DNA from: an uncultured Candidatus Saccharibacteria bacterium
GTDB taxonomy: Bacteria > Patescibacteriota > Minisyncoccia > Phycocordibacterales > UBA9973
Direction: 5' to 3'
Length of the DNA stretch: 64,000 bases
Assembly (NCBI GenBank): GCA_964563615.1
Contig: CAZLWF010000002.1
Location: 1,859-65,858, forward strand
The position numbers and the translations under genes are program-made. Positions 47,577 through 57,768 of the stretch are shown here, piece after piece. Each line of letters starts with the position of its first letter. The stretch's first letter is position 1. The notes below the pieces were generated by a model. That model made no database searches and was not told the origin of the DNA. It saw nothing but the letters and a program-made list of their open reading frames with translations.

Positions 47577-48005
47577 TTACGCACACGCAAGAAGAGAACC
47601 AAGCGCTGCATCTTCGAGTTTTGAAGCTCCACTTGAATCAACACACCAGTAGTCAGTTCCAGAAGATGGACCAATTAATTTTGTGCTCTTCATTTCAGTT
47701 GAAGCAGCCCAGCCAGCAGCATTATTGTTACAAACTGGTGTTCCACCAGCGGCTGTACCAGCGGCCGCAACAGGTGCAGCAATACCACCAGCTGCCGTAC
47801 AGACGTTGTTATATGAGCTATTGTTACCATCGTAATAGATTTCAGCTTGTGCTCGTGCATTTGCCAAGTTTGCCTTCACAGCAGCATCAGCACCTTTGTT
47901 ACGAGCTGAGTTAAGTGATGCCAACACAACTGACGCCAAAACACCAATGATCGCAATAACGACCAAAAGTTCGATAAGTGTAAAACCTTTGTTATTCTTT
48001 TGCAT
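47577..48005 (-). CDS. pilA: Type IV pilin, probably the major subunit
   Basis: KG/FTLIELLVVIAIIGVLASVV; has its own promoter region and terminator. Confidence 0.88.
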   Translation of the reverse strand: MQKNNKGFTLIELLVVIAIIGVLASVVLASLNSARNKGADAAVKANLANARAQAEIYYDGNNSSYNNVCTAAGGIAAPVAAAGTAAGGTPVCNNNAAGWAASTEMKSTKLIGPSSGTDYWCVDSSGASKLEDAALGSLLACA

Positions 48006-48144
48006 AATAAATTAACTTTTGTCGCCAGCCTCACGGTAATGATAATAAGTGATACTGGCAAGACTTACTTTGTAATGGATTTATTTTAGCACGGATAGCG
48101 AGAATGCCTGTAAAGATCAAGCTGTGGATAAGTTTAAGAAGATT

Positions 48145-49350
48145 TTATTGAATACCGCCGGCAATATTGTAAATCGGCATAAGGACTGAGGCCAAGAGCA
48201 CACCAACAGCAAGACCAAGCGTCACGATCATGATTGGTTCAATGAGTCCAACCATAGTATCGACAGCATCATCAACTTCGCGTTTGTAAAACTTCGCTAA
48301 AGTTTTAAGTATGGATCCGAGCGAACCAGTTTCTTCACCAACTTTCACCATCTGCACAAGTATCGGTGGCATCATGGCATGCTTTGCTAGTGCATCAGAA
48401 AACGAGCTACCTGCTTTGACGTCTTCTTCTGCTTGCTTCATGACAGCAGCATATACTCGGTTCCCAACCACAGTCCCAGTGATTTCGATTGATCGAACAA
48501 TTGAAATACCTGAAGAAAGCATAGTATCCAAGTTGTCAGCAACTCGTGCTAGATAGAATTTAGTAAAGACTTTGCCGATGATTGGAAATGAAAGTTTAAC
48601 ACCGTCCAAGTATTGTTTGCCTGAGTCCCCTCTCGAGAGATACCAAACGTAGCCAACTCCCATCGCAAGGACAATAAGGACAATAATACCGTAATGGACA
48701 AAGAAGTCACTCATACCAATAACCACTTTGGTATACAAGGGCACTGTTTGCCCACTTTCTTTAATAATTTGCGAAAGTTTTGGAATAACCATGGTAAACA
48801 TGAGCCCCATCACCGCAAAGAACGTAAATATAACAAATGCTGGATAAATCAATGCATTCTTTGTCTTCGATGCGAGTGCATAATTTCTATCCAAATAATC
48901 TGCCAAGAAATTAAATGTCTGAGTAAGCTTGCCGGATTCTTCACCTGCTTTGACCATGTTCACGTAGAAATCAGAGAACACATCCGGGTGTTTTTCCATA
49001 GCACCAGAAATCGAATAACCGGCCTGTAGGTCATCTACTAACTGCGTAAGTTTTTTCGATAGAAGAGGATTTTCAACATTGGAAGCAAGTAGTGAAAATG
49101 CCTTGAGCGCAGAGACTTGCGCTTCAAACAATGTTGCAATCTGACGTGAGAGAATCACGACATCTTTGATTTTTACCCTTTCAAATATGGACATCTTGAG
49201 AAGAGTTTTCTTCTCATCATCACCTTTGATGGAAACGACGACGAAACCACGACGCTGCAGTGCCGCAATAGCGAGGTCTTTTGTGCGCGCCTCAATAAGC
49301 CCTTCTTTATTCTCGCCTCCGGTGGTAACAATTTTATATTTATATTGCAT
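48145..49350 (-). CDS. pilC: Type IV pilus platform protein PilC (GspF family)
   Basis: SRQIATL, HPDVF...MVKAGEESG.L, ALIYP, VGEETG.L, LIEP. Confidence 0.95.
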   Translation of the reverse strand: MQYKYKIVTTGGENKEGLIEARTKDLAIAALQRRGFVVVSIKGDDEKKTLLKMSIFERVKIKDVVILSRQIATLFEAQVSALKAFSLLASNVENPLLSKKLTQLVDDLQAGYSISGAMEKHPDVFSDFYVNMVKAGEESGKLTQTFNFLADYLDRNYALASKTKNALIYPAFVIFTFFAVMGLMFTMVIPKLSQIIKESGQTVPLYTKVVIGMSDFFVHYGIIVLIVLAMGVGYVWYLSRGDSGKQYLDGVKLSFPIIGKVFTKFYLARVADNLDTMLSSGISIVRSIEITGTVVGNRVYAAVMKQAEEDVKAGSSFSDALAKHAMMPPILVQMVKVGEETGSLGSILKTLAKFYKREVDDAVDTMVGLIEPIMIVTLGLAVGVLLASVLMPIYNIAGGIQ

Positions 49351-49354
49351 GTGA

Positions 49355-50413
49355 TTAAGCTAGGCGCTCCAAGTTCTTTGGATTAAATGAATACAAGTAA
49401 GCATTGTCCATCGTGATCTCACCCGCTCGAACAAGCTCTAGCAATGATCGATTCATATCGATCATGCCTTGCTCATAGCCAGTTTCAATAACAACATCGA
49501 TTTCATGGGTACGTTTCTCCCGAATCAAATTTGATACTGCAGTATTATTTATAAGAAGCTCATATGCTGGCACGAGTCCGCCAGTGATTTTGGGTATAAG
49601 ACGCTGAGAGAAGACGCCAATTAAAGATGATGCAAGCTGCACACGAATTTGATCCTGCTGATTGCCGGGGAATGTATCTATAATACGATCAATTGTCTGC
49701 GATGCATTATTGGTGTGAAGTGTCGAAAGTACCAAGTGTCCTGTTTCTGCAGCACTAACAGCTGTCGCTATGGTCTCATGGCTTCGCATTTCACCGATCA
49801 AGATCACATTCACATCTTCACGAAAAATTGATTTGAGCGCAGTATTGAAATCTTTGGTATCTATACCGATTTCACGCTGATCGATAATCGCATGTTTTGG
49901 TTGGTACATGTATTCGATAGGATCTTCGATGGTGACAATATGCTCTGCACGTTCATTGTTGATGAGGTTAATCATCGAAGCAAGCGTTGTAGATTTGCCC
50001 TGCCCGACTGGGCCAACAACCAAGAAAAAGCCTTGTTTTTTTCTAGTAAATGTTTCAATGATAGCTGGCAGATGAAGTTCTGCAAGGGATTTCACTTCAG
50101 GGATCAGACGAAGCGCGATTGCTACGATACCTTTGGTATAAAATGCATTACCGCGAAGCCTTGCCTGTCCTTTGAATTCATAAGAGAAATCAACTTCTTG
50201 GTTGACGAGGAAAAGCTTAAATTTTTCATCACCCAAAAGTACATTCAAAACTCCTAATGAATCTTCTTTTGTATACACATTTCTCTTGACGAGAAATATC
50301 AGCTGTCCTGCTACACGAATAGCAGGATAACGCATGCCAGCAATATGCAAATCTGATCCGCCTTCGCGGATGAGCGTAGTTATGAGTTCATCAACTTCTT
50401 TTATGTAATCCAT
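49355..50413 (-). CDS. pilT: Type IV pilus retraction ATPase PilT
   Basis: SDLHI, GPVGQGKSTT, TIEDPIE, REDVNVILIGEMR, AAETGHLV.STLHT, VSNLIRE. Confidence 0.93.
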   Translation of the reverse strand: MDYIKEVDELITTLIREGGSDLHIAGMRYPAIRVAGQLIFLVKRNVYTKEDSLGVLNVLLGDEKFKLFLVNQEVDFSYEFKGQARLRGNAFYTKGIVAIALRLIPEVKSLAELHLPAIIETFTRKKQGFFLVVGPVGQGKSTTLASMINLINNERAEHIVTIEDPIEYMYQPKHAIIDQREIGIDTKDFNTALKSIFREDVNVILIGEMRSHETIATAVSAAETGHLVLSTLHTNNASQTIDRIIDTFPGNQQDQIRVQLASSLIGVFSQRLIPKITGGLVPAYELLINNTAVSNLIREKRTHEIDVVIETGYEQGMIDMNRSLLELVRAGEITMDNAYLYSFNPKNLERLA

Positions 50414-50457
50414 ATTTTTTCAATAACTCTTTTCTCACTATTGTAGTAAAAATAAAT

Positions 50458-50476
50458 ATACGTATGTAGTATAGCA
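50458..50476 (-). promoter_or_regulatory. pilT promoter motif TGCTATACTACATACGTAT
   Basis: Extended -10, and 16 bp (TATACTACATACGTAT) identical to the pilM promoter (55393-55408). Confidence 0.65.
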
Positions 50477-50489
50477 CTGGTTCCTTATT

Positions 50490-52226
50490 TTATAAATCAT
50501 TATAGATTTCTTGGAACGGTAGCGTACCTTGCAAACTTTTGATAATCGCATCTTCTTTCATCGTAAGCATACCTCGACTTCTAGCGGATTTATAAATTTC
50601 ACTTTCAATCGGACTCGTCAATATTATGTGCTGCATTTCTTTATCAACAGCAAACATTTCAAATACTGCCATACGATCATGAGTACCATTGGGACATTCT
50701 GGCGACGGTACGACTTCGTACATAACATTATCAGTTGGAATTTGTTTTTTAGCTTCTTCTGGCAAATCAGTAAATTCTTTAGCCATGATTTGTCGCATCG
50801 TATCATCCATTGGTACTTGTTTGCGAGAATCTGGACATACCACACGAGCGAGGCGCTGAGCAACAGAAAGGATTAGCGTTGGCGCGATCAAATACGGGTC
50901 GACACCCATATCAATGAGACGCGGGATAACGCCGATAGCATTGTTAGTGTGTAGCGTTGAGAATACCAAATGGCCAGTCAATGCAGCCTGAATAGCAAGC
51001 TGAGCTGTTTCTTTATCACGGATTTCTCCAACCATGATAATGTCAGGGTCCTGACGGAGTATTGATCTAAGTCCTGAAGCAAAGGTATACCCTATTTCAG
51101 GCATGACTTGAGATTGGTTAACATCTGGAATTTGATATTCAACTGGATCTTCAAGTGATACCACATTTTGTTTCTCACGATCTATCTCATTTAACATTGA
51201 ATAAAGCGTTGTTGATTTACCAGACCCAGTTGGTCCTGTAATCAAAATAAGTCCATAGGGGCGCTTCAACGCACTACGAACAAGACCCATATTACGCTCA
51301 TTTAAACCAAGCTGCGCAAGCGTTTTAACGCCTTTTTCCGAATCCAAGATACGCATAACAACTTTCTCGCCATAATAGGCCGGAAATGTTGAGACACGGA
51401 ATTCAACTTTTCTACCAGCAATTTTTGTTGCAAAACTCCCGTCTTGAGGTTTACGCTTTTCATCAAGACGAAGCTTCGCCATGATCTTGATACGCGCAAC
51501 AATACCGGCATAGACATTGAGCGGCAAGACTAAGCTTGTATGCAGTGTGCCATCAATGCGGAAGCGGACTTTAACTTTATCGCCAGTATTTTCGATATGA
51601 ATATCAGATGCATTACCTTCAGTAGCATGCCGGACTATGACTGCCACAATTTTTATAATTGGCGCCTCTTCAACTATTTGTTCCTCTTCTCCTGGCTTGA
51701 GCGTGTTTTGTATCTTATTATTTTCAATTTTGACATCTTTGGTGTCTACATCTGCAAGCTCAGAATCAATTTCAGAGATCGCTTGATCAACCTCTCCCGT
51801 TAAGCCTTTATAATTATTTAAAATGACTTCAAAGTTTTTCTTTGTAATCAAAAAGATCTTGTACGGCACACCAAGCTTAGAGGTAATAAATTGCAGTGCA
51901 TCAATTGCTTCAAAATTATCTGGTTCAACAACACCAACTTCCAAGACACCCGAAGTTACAGCAAGCGGCACAAACATGTAGTGTTTAGCTGAATCCTCAG
52001 GAATATATTTTAATATTTCAAATGTAACCGATTTTGGGTCAACAATTTTTGTGGGAATATTGTAATACGTCCCCTTCAGTTCAAGAAGTTTCTGAGCTTC
52101 AAGACCGAGTTCCAAGAGCACTGCATCAATATCGCCCGCATGCTTTTCATCTGCGAGACGAACAATTTCATTAATTTGATTTTCTCGAATAACACCCTGT
52201 GTTGCGAGGTTGTCTAAAAAAGTCAT
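50490..52226 (-). CDS. pilB: Type IV pilus assembly ATPase PilB (GspE family)
   Basis: ASDIHIE, RFRIDG, EKRKPQDG, GPTGSGKSTTLY, LRQDPDIIMVGEIRD, TGHLVFSTLHTN. Confidence 0.96.
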   Translation of the reverse strand: MTFLDNLATQGVIRENQINEIVRLADEKHAGDIDAVLLELGLEAQKLLELKGTYYNIPTKIVDPKSVTFEILKYIPEDSAKHYMFVPLAVTSGVLEVGVVEPDNFEAIDALQFITSKLGVPYKIFLITKKNFEVILNNYKGLTGEVDQAISEIDSELADVDTKDVKIENNKIQNTLKPGEEEQIVEEAPIIKIVAVIVRHATEGNASDIHIENTGDKVKVRFRIDGTLHTSLVLPLNVYAGIVARIKIMAKLRLDEKRKPQDGSFATKIAGRKVEFRVSTFPAYYGEKVVMRILDSEKGVKTLAQLGLNERNMGLVRSALKRPYGLILITGPTGSGKSTTLYSMLNEIDREKQNVVSLEDPVEYQIPDVNQSQVMPEIGYTFASGLRSILRQDPDIIMVGEIRDKETAQLAIQAALTGHLVFSTLHTNNAIGVIPRLIDMGVDPYLIAPTLILSVAQRLARVVCPDSRKQVPMDDTMRQIMAKEFTDLPEEAKKQIPTDNVMYEVVPSPECPNGTHDRMAVFEMFAVDKEMQHIILTSPIESEIYKSARSRGMLTMKEDAIIKSLQGTLPFQEIYNDL

Positions 52227-52245
52227 ATAAATTCAAAAAGGATCA

Positions 52246-52878
52246 TTAATTAAGTCCAGAACTTAAGGTCTTGAAGGAGATAACGCTTCCATAGACTATT
52301 TGACCATCGATCTTTGCTGCCGCCTTAACATAGTAAGTTGTCGCCGGAGACAATCCTGCAATTGTAGCTGTAAATGGCGCTGTACTGCTGGTTTGCTTTA
52401 CCGTGACTGCACCTAATGTCTGTGTTAATCCCCATTCAAACCAACGCTCTGTTGCGATCACCCCACTTGCAAGCGATGCGTTTGCAACTACAGATGATTG
52501 TGTTGTCTGAGTAACTGGATTTGTCGTGATTTGGACAGTTTGGACAACAGTACTCACTGAAGTATCAGCTCCAATAGGTGCAAAAGGATTTGCACGTCCC
52601 TGATTGCCTAATTGCACAAGCGTTATACTATAGTCTTTCAAGCTTGTGAAAGATGGATTGGAGAAAATATCTCCATTTAACTTTATTGCTTGCATATTAA
52701 GTAGCGTATTGAGAAATTCTTCTCCCACGCTTATGCCTTGAACAGGACTTTCTGGTGTCTCACCAACAGTAACCAGACTATTAGTCGAATCTTTCTTGCC
52801 AGAAATAAAGGTGTACACTGCAAACAAAATCCCTGCGACGACAACAAAAATTATTACTTTTTTGATAATCTTTCCCAT
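52246..52878 (-). CDS. PilP-like membrane protein with C-terminal FN3-like domain
   Basis: TM anchor, GRANPFAP, GLSPATTYYVKA; position after pilO. Confidence 0.65.
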   Translation of the reverse strand: MGKIIKKVIIFVVVAGILFAVYTFISGKKDSTNSLVTVGETPESPVQGISVGEEFLNTLLNMQAIKLNGDIFSNPSFTSLKDYSITLVQLGNQGRANPFAPIGADTSVSTVVQTVQITTNPVTQTTQSSVVANASLASGVIATERWFEWGLTQTLGAVTVKQTSSTAPFTATIAGLSPATTYYVKAAAKIDGQIVYGSVISFKTLSSGLN

Positions 52879-52880
52879 AG

Positions 52881-53459
52881 TTAATTCTTAAGCCAATAGG
52901 TTCTGATTTTAAAGTTAAAGGTATACAAATCTTTATCGTTATTGCCAGTCGCATCAAACGATATACCTTGCATATCGACAATGCGCAATCCTTGTTCAAT
53001 ATCTTTTAAGAAAGTATAAAAATTTCCATAGCTTGTCTGCACTGAAAATGACATATCGAATAAACCATACTCTTGATTCTGTAGTGCAAGTGCTGCTCCC
53101 CCCTCATCAACAGGTTTACCATTTGCGTCATTTTTTAAGGTTGGACTGACGCTAACATTTGTAAGAGACATACCATACTTGGCTGCAACAGAATCGATTT
53201 CAAGGATCAGACGGATATTGTCGACATTATCAGGTAATAGTTTGCGCAAATGCTCAATCTGATCAGGCGAAAACTCATTATACTTTGCAACTAGTTCATC
53301 TCGCTTTTCCTCAAGTTGCTTCGCATTCGCCAGTGCCTGACCAAATGCCGCTTCTTTGACTTGTAACTCTTTGACTTCTTTATACATAGGGTTGGTTACT
53401 AACAAGAAAAGCCCAATTGCAAGTGAAACTAGTATAGCTGGAAAAATAAAGCGCAACAT
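52881..53459 (-). CDS. pilO: Type IV pilus protein PilO
   Basis: TM plus coiled coil, LLPD, Y.NF..FL..IE...RIVD; position in the pilMNO operon. Confidence 0.82.
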   Translation of the reverse strand: MLRFIFPAILVSLAIGLFLLVTNPMYKEVKELQVKEAAFGQALANAKQLEEKRDELVAKYNEFSPDQIEHLRKLLPDNVDNIRLILEIDSVAAKYGMSLTNVSVSPTLKNDANGKPVDEGGAALALQNQEYGLFDMSFSVQTSYGNFYTFLKDIEQGLRIVDMQGISFDATGNNDKDLYTFNFKIRTYWLKN

Positions 53460-53460
53460 A

Positions 53461-54174
53461 TTAGTTTGTGGTTGTGCTATTAGTTGGTAATGCAGGCGGC
53501 GCCACAGGAGAAAGTATTGGTTCAGTTGGAACAGTTATTATAGTATTTTCTGGAGACTCAGGTATACCCGCTTGGCGATTAATCATTTCTTGGTATGAGA
53601 CAAATGATTTATCAACTGAAAAAGTAAGGTGAAAATTCACTTTACCAAAAGGGTCAATGGTCAGATTTGAAAAAACAGGATCCTTAATATATTTATTTTG
53701 GGAAAATACATCTGCCTGAAGTGCGATCGGCGTATAGCCACTTGCAGATTGACCATCGATATCAATAGTAATATCGTCACTAAGCAGATTATCAGGCTTG
53801 CCAATATCATACTCAAATTTTGTATATCGTATCGTCTTTAAGGTCAATGCTTGCAAGGAATCAAACAAAGGGCTTACGATCATATGGCCTGCAAGTAACT
53901 GATCTGCTCCCTGTATTCTTCTGTCGAGGGTTTGCAAATCGCTAATAAGCGATGGTTCAAAGCGTGATTTAGCGAGTTCAAGCTGGTTGGACATATCATC
54001 CACACGCTTCACGAGTACTGCATGATAAAAATATGCACCTGCTGCAGCTGCAATTGATGCAAAAAATATAATAGTTCCGATAAATACAGTAAGTGAAACT
54101 GGCTGAGACGATTGTATTCGTTCTTCGGAAAGTGATTTTTTGGGTATGAAAGATGTTTGGGCTTCTTTATCCAT
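53461..54174 (-). CDS. pilN: PilN-like protein
   Basis: TSFIPK followed by a TM and coiled coil; lies between pilM and pilO. Start at ATG 54174. Confidence 0.7.
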   Translation of the reverse strand: MDKEAQTSFIPKKSLSEERIQSSQPVSLTVFIGTIIFFASIAAAAGAYFYHAVLVKRVDDMSNQLELAKSRFEPSLISDLQTLDRRIQGADQLLAGHMIVSPLFDSLQALTLKTIRYTKFEYDIGKPDNLLSDDITIDIDGQSASGYTPIALQADVFSQNKYIKDPVFSNLTIDPFGKVNFHLTFSVDKSFVSYQEMINRQAGIPESPENTIITVPTEPILSPVAPPALPTNSTTTN

Positions 54175-54252
54175 TGAGAAGGAATAAACTAAAAAAAAAT
54201 AAATAACTACTCCCATTCTAATATGCAACGTGTGCAATGTATAGTGTATAAC

Positions 54253-55383
54253 CTAACTATTCTGTTCAAGTTCTCGAAGTGCGAGACCCGCAGCAACGGC
54301 AAATTCAGGCCCTGCGCTCTCCAATACCTTATCGAGAAATGCTGGCGCTTCTACTTTATCAAATGGCTTAGCCAAAATGACTTCGCTTTTAAATGCTTCC
54401 TGTGCTGCCGGCAAAAAACCTTTTAACAGTACCCCCCCACCTGTCAAAATAACCTTACTGATTGTTTTATTTTGTTCACGCTCATAATTTAAAATAACGC
54501 TAGCCGTTTCAGATAAAATATAATCAATCGATAGTTTGACAACCTGCGCAACACTCGGATCAGCTGGGTTACCGAGGAGTCCAAATTCGCGCTTAGTTTG
54601 CTCACCTTGCAAAAAGGTCACATTGAGCGACGTCGCAAGTGCACTACTAATATCCTGCGAGCCGCGATTGATGGTGTGGAATTTATGCACAATGCCATAT
54701 TCAATAATTGAAAGCTTGGTTTTCATAGCCCCCATATCGATAATAAGGACCGTCGAAAGTTCATGATTGAAGCTACTTCGTATACTTGAGAAGAGTTCAA
54801 TTTCAAAAAAAGAAGCATCAAGTGCAGTAGACTTCACGATATCTCGATATTTTTGGATTGTTTCATTGTGGATTGCTGCAATAAGAATTTCCCGTTTTGC
54901 TACCATTGCCCCAGCGGTCGGACTCTCCTCAAATGATTCTTCCTTTTTCGGAATAATCCACCAATCAAGGGACACTTCGGTTATTGGTACTGGAATATAT
55001 TTGCGTGCTTCAGTTGCAATGACATTCGGCAATTCTTTTTCTGAAATTGATGATGGCAAGTTTATAAGAAACACCAAACTCGAAGCTGCAGGGATGGAAA
55101 TAGCACACTCTTTAGTCGTAATGCTTGCTTCACGGAGCACATCGGTAAGGGCGAGGCTTAACTTATCTGGCGGTAAATTTGTTGTATGACCAACTTCGAG
55201 TTCTGCATATGGACCAAGCGCGAGTGCGCCATAGGTTTCGAGGATTGCCTTTGCACCTTTGCGCCTAAGTTGAACAACTTTGATAGCGGATGAACCAATA
55301 TCAATACCAACAACACTCTCGCCTTTATTGCCGCTACTAAATGCAGACAAACCAGTTGATAAGATTTTTGAAAATGGATTCAT
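54253..55383 (-). CDS. pilM: Type IV pilus protein PilM
   Basis: VGIDIGSSAIKVV, EARKYIP, IIDMGA, ILTGGG, AVAAGLALR. Confidence 0.94.
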   Translation of the reverse strand: MNPFSKILSTGLSAFSSGNKGESVVGIDIGSSAIKVVQLRRKGAKAILETYGALALGPYAELEVGHTTNLPPDKLSLALTDVLREASITTKECAISIPAASSLVFLINLPSSISEKELPNVIATEARKYIPVPITEVSLDWWIIPKKEESFEESPTAGAMVAKREILIAAIHNETIQKYRDIVKSTALDASFFEIELFSSIRSSFNHELSTVLIIDMGAMKTKLSIIEYGIVHKFHTINRGSQDISSALATSLNVTFLQGEQTKREFGLLGNPADPSVAQVVKLSIDYILSETASVILNYEREQNKTISKVILTGGGVLLKGFLPAAQEAFKSEVILAKPFDKVEAPAFLDKVLESAGPEFAVAAGLALRELEQNS

Positions 55384-55392
55384 ATGAGAAAA

Positions 55393-55411
55393 ATACGTAT
55401 GTAGTATATCA
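55393..55411 (-). promoter_or_regulatory. pilM promoter motif TGATATACTACATACGTAT
   Basis: Extended -10 with the same downstream bases as at pilT. Confidence 0.65.
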
Positions 55412-55419
55412 TATAGTAT

Positions 55420-56070
55420 ATGAATTTTTATAGGATGATTTTAGATATCATCTTCCCTATCTCCTGCCTCTCGTGCAAGAAAAAAGGCGAATTTTTATGT
55501 TTTTCTTGTATCAGTAAATTTGATGAGCCGAGAGAAAATAAAGATTCAAAAGCGATTAGTCTCTTTGACTACAGAAACCCAGTTTTAAAACATGCGCTTT
55601 GGGTCTTGAAGTATAAAAACAAACGTGGCATTGCAGAGAATTTAGGCAAAGCACTTTATGAAAAACTTCTCGAGGAGTACGTAGAGATAAAGCTCGTCGG
55701 CAAAAGTAATCCGCCGATCATAGTCCCCATCCCCATTAGTAAATCTCGCAAGCGCAAGCGCGGCTATAACCAAAGCGAGCTTTTAGTTCGAGCCATACTT
55801 GCATCAGATCATGAAAAATTATTCAAAAATGGTATCGGTATATTAGAGAAAATAAAAAATACTGAACCCCAAGCCAGGATCAAGAACCGGCAAGAACGAC
55901 TTAAGAACGTCGAAGGTGTTTTTGCAGCTAAGAAAAATATCTCGCTTCTCGGACAGACAATATTTTTGATTGATGACGTAACGACCACTGGTGCCACACT
56001 CAAAGACGCGACAAGAGCGCTCAAATCCGCCGGCGCAAAGAAGGTCTACATGTTTACCGTCGCGCATTAA
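55420..56070 (+). CDS. comF: ComF-family competence protein
   Basis: FP..CxxC...CxxC zinc ribbon, LKY, VPIP...R.RGYNQ, LIDDVTTTGAT. Confidence 0.93.
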   Translation: MNFYRMILDIIFPISCLSCKKKGEFLCFSCISKFDEPRENKDSKAISLFDYRNPVLKHALWVLKYKNKRGIAENLGKALYEKLLEEYVEIKLVGKSNPPIIVPIPISKSRKRKRGYNQSELLVRAILASDHEKLFKNGIGILEKIKNTEPQARIKNRQERLKNVEGVFAAKKNISLLGQTIFLIDDVTTTGATLKDATRALKSAGAKKVYMFTVAH

Positions 56071-56077
56071 ATAATTA

Positions 56078-57091
56078 TTAGATATTTGGAAAACTTATCA
56101 CTACGGTCGTCCCTTTGCCTAATTCACTCTCAATATTGATCGAACCATAATGACGATCAACTATCTCTTTGACAATAGCAAGTCCGAGTCCTGTTCCAGT
56201 AGTACTCTCATACAGATCGTGTGCTCGGAAAAATGGTTGTAAAATAAATGCTAGTTTATCTTTTGCAATGCCCATGCCTGTGTCAGTAAAAGTTATAGTA
56301 ATAGTACCAAGATCATCTCTCTTAATTTTCACCGTAATCGTATCCCCTCGCTCACTATACTGGATGGCATTATTCAAGATATTGTAGGACATCTGCAACA
56401 GCGCCATAGTATCCCCCTGTATGGTGATATCAGTAGCTTCAGCAAAAACGTTCGCAGTGATTCCTTTTTCATCGAGAAGTGGCTGTAACTTTTTTACAGC
56501 CGCAGTAACAACATCGATTAGAGCAACACTTGCCGTAGCAATAGCACTTTCTCGCTGTCTTGCAAGATCAAGAAGCGTGTTAGCGAGTGTCGTCATATCA
56601 TTGACTTCGACAAGGACATTTTCGAGTGTCTCACGGGCGAGACTACTTGGCATTTTTTCATTGCGAAGCGCAACTTCAATATTGGTTTTCATAACGGCAA
56701 GTGGCGTGCGAAGCTCATGGGAAGCATTAGCAACGAAACGCCGCTCACGATTTATGGACTTTCGTATCGGTGCAAGTGTTCGCTCGGTCAGCAGAAGCCC
56801 TATGACAATAATAAAACCAAGCACGACTAAGTCAGCAAAAATAATCCGGCTTTTGAGCACTTCGTTGGCCTTATCAAGAATGAGTATCTGCAATATTGGA
56901 TCAGCGACTTGTTCACGTATCGAAGTGCCAAGCTGCGTTTGGATGGAACTAAAGAGTAAGTAGCTAAACGTACCGAGAAGTACAACCGTTGTACCAGTAT
57001 AAAGAAGCATGAGCTTTATCCGAGCAGCAAACAGTTCATCGTTATTCCATTTTGTAACCAATACCGCGAACGGTCGCAATAAGTGTTCCAT
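56078..57091 (-). CDS. Membrane sensor histidine kinase
   Basis: Two TMs, FVANASHELRTPL, NILNNAIQY, DTGMG, GTGLGL. Confidence 0.93.
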   Translation of the reverse strand: MEHLLRPFAVLVTKWNNDELFAARIKLMLLYTGTTVVLLGTFSYLLFSSIQTQLGTSIREQVADPILQILILDKANEVLKSRIIFADLVVLGFIIVIGLLLTERTLAPIRKSINRERRFVANASHELRTPLAVMKTNIEVALRNEKMPSSLARETLENVLVEVNDMTTLANTLLDLARQRESAIATASVALIDVVTAAVKKLQPLLDEKGITANVFAEATDITIQGDTMALLQMSYNILNNAIQYSERGDTITVKIKRDDLGTITITFTDTGMGIAKDKLAFILQPFFRAHDLYESTTGTGLGLAIVKEIVDRHYGSINIESELGKGTTVVISFPNI

Positions 57092-57707
57092 TGTCGTGTA
57101 ATTTTTTTCTAATATTTTTAATATGCACATCGACCGTATTTGAAAGTGTTGAGTCCGCAAAATCCCAAGCATGATCATAGAGCGTATCTCGAGTAATGAC
57201 TTTACCACGATGACGCATCAAGTATTCAAGCACCATAAATTCCTTAAGTGTAAAAGTTATTTCTTTATCATTTTTGGTGACTCGGTGCTCTGTAGTATCA
57301 AGCACGATATCTTGCACTTCTAGTTTATTTTCTTCTAACTGTTTTGGCCGGCGCATGAGTGCGCGCACCCGAGCAACAAGCTCTTCGAATGCAAACGGCT
57401 TGGCGAGGTAATCATCAGCACCTGCATCAAGACCGAGGACTTTGTCATTGGTTGTATCGAGCGCAGTGAGCATAATAACGGGAATCGTAACATCCGCTGC
57501 ACGCCAAAACCTGCAAATACTTACACCATCTTTACCAGGAAGCATACGATCGAGAATAACCAAATCATACTCAATCGTGTTTAATAGTATCCGCTTTTCT
57601 GCGGCTATTCCCTCGCCGAGCGTATCAACGGCAAAGCCCTCCTGCTCAAGGCCTCGTTTCATCACATCGGCAAGTTTTTTATTGTCTTCTACGACCAATA
57701 CTTTCAT
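57042..57707 (-). CDS. OmpR/PhoB-family response regulator
   Basis: VVEDN, ILDRMLP, MLTA, GADDYLAKPF, wHTH segment TVDVHI..IR.K...TVRGIGY. Confidence 0.95.
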   Translation of the reverse strand: MKVLVVEDNKKLADVMKRGLEQEGFAVDTLGEGIAAEKRILLNTIEYDLVILDRMLPGKDGVSICRFWRAADVTIPVIMLTALDTTNDKVLGLDAGADDYLAKPFAFEELVARVRALMRRPKQLEENKLEVQDIVLDTTEHRVTKNDKEITFTLKEFMVLEYLMRHRGKVITRDTLYDHAWDFADSTLSNTVDVHIKNIRKKLHDNGTLIATVRGIGYKME

Positions 57708-57727
57708 GTCTCTATTGTAATACGCCC

Positions 57728-57745
57728 TCATGAATTATTCATGAA
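57728..57745 (-). promoter_or_regulatory. Candidate OmpR-type autoregulatory box
   Basis: TCATGAA repeated with 11-bp period (57728-57734, 57739-57745), at the -35 position of a TACAAT promoter that lies 6 nt before the regulator ATG. Confidence 0.55.
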
Positions 57746-57768
57746 GTACAATACATGGTATTTGTGAA

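Noticed and set aside
44074-56070. Type IV pilus cluster without pilQ as a novelty
   Set aside because: This is the expected arrangement for monoderm Patescibacteria; it is listed under features only.
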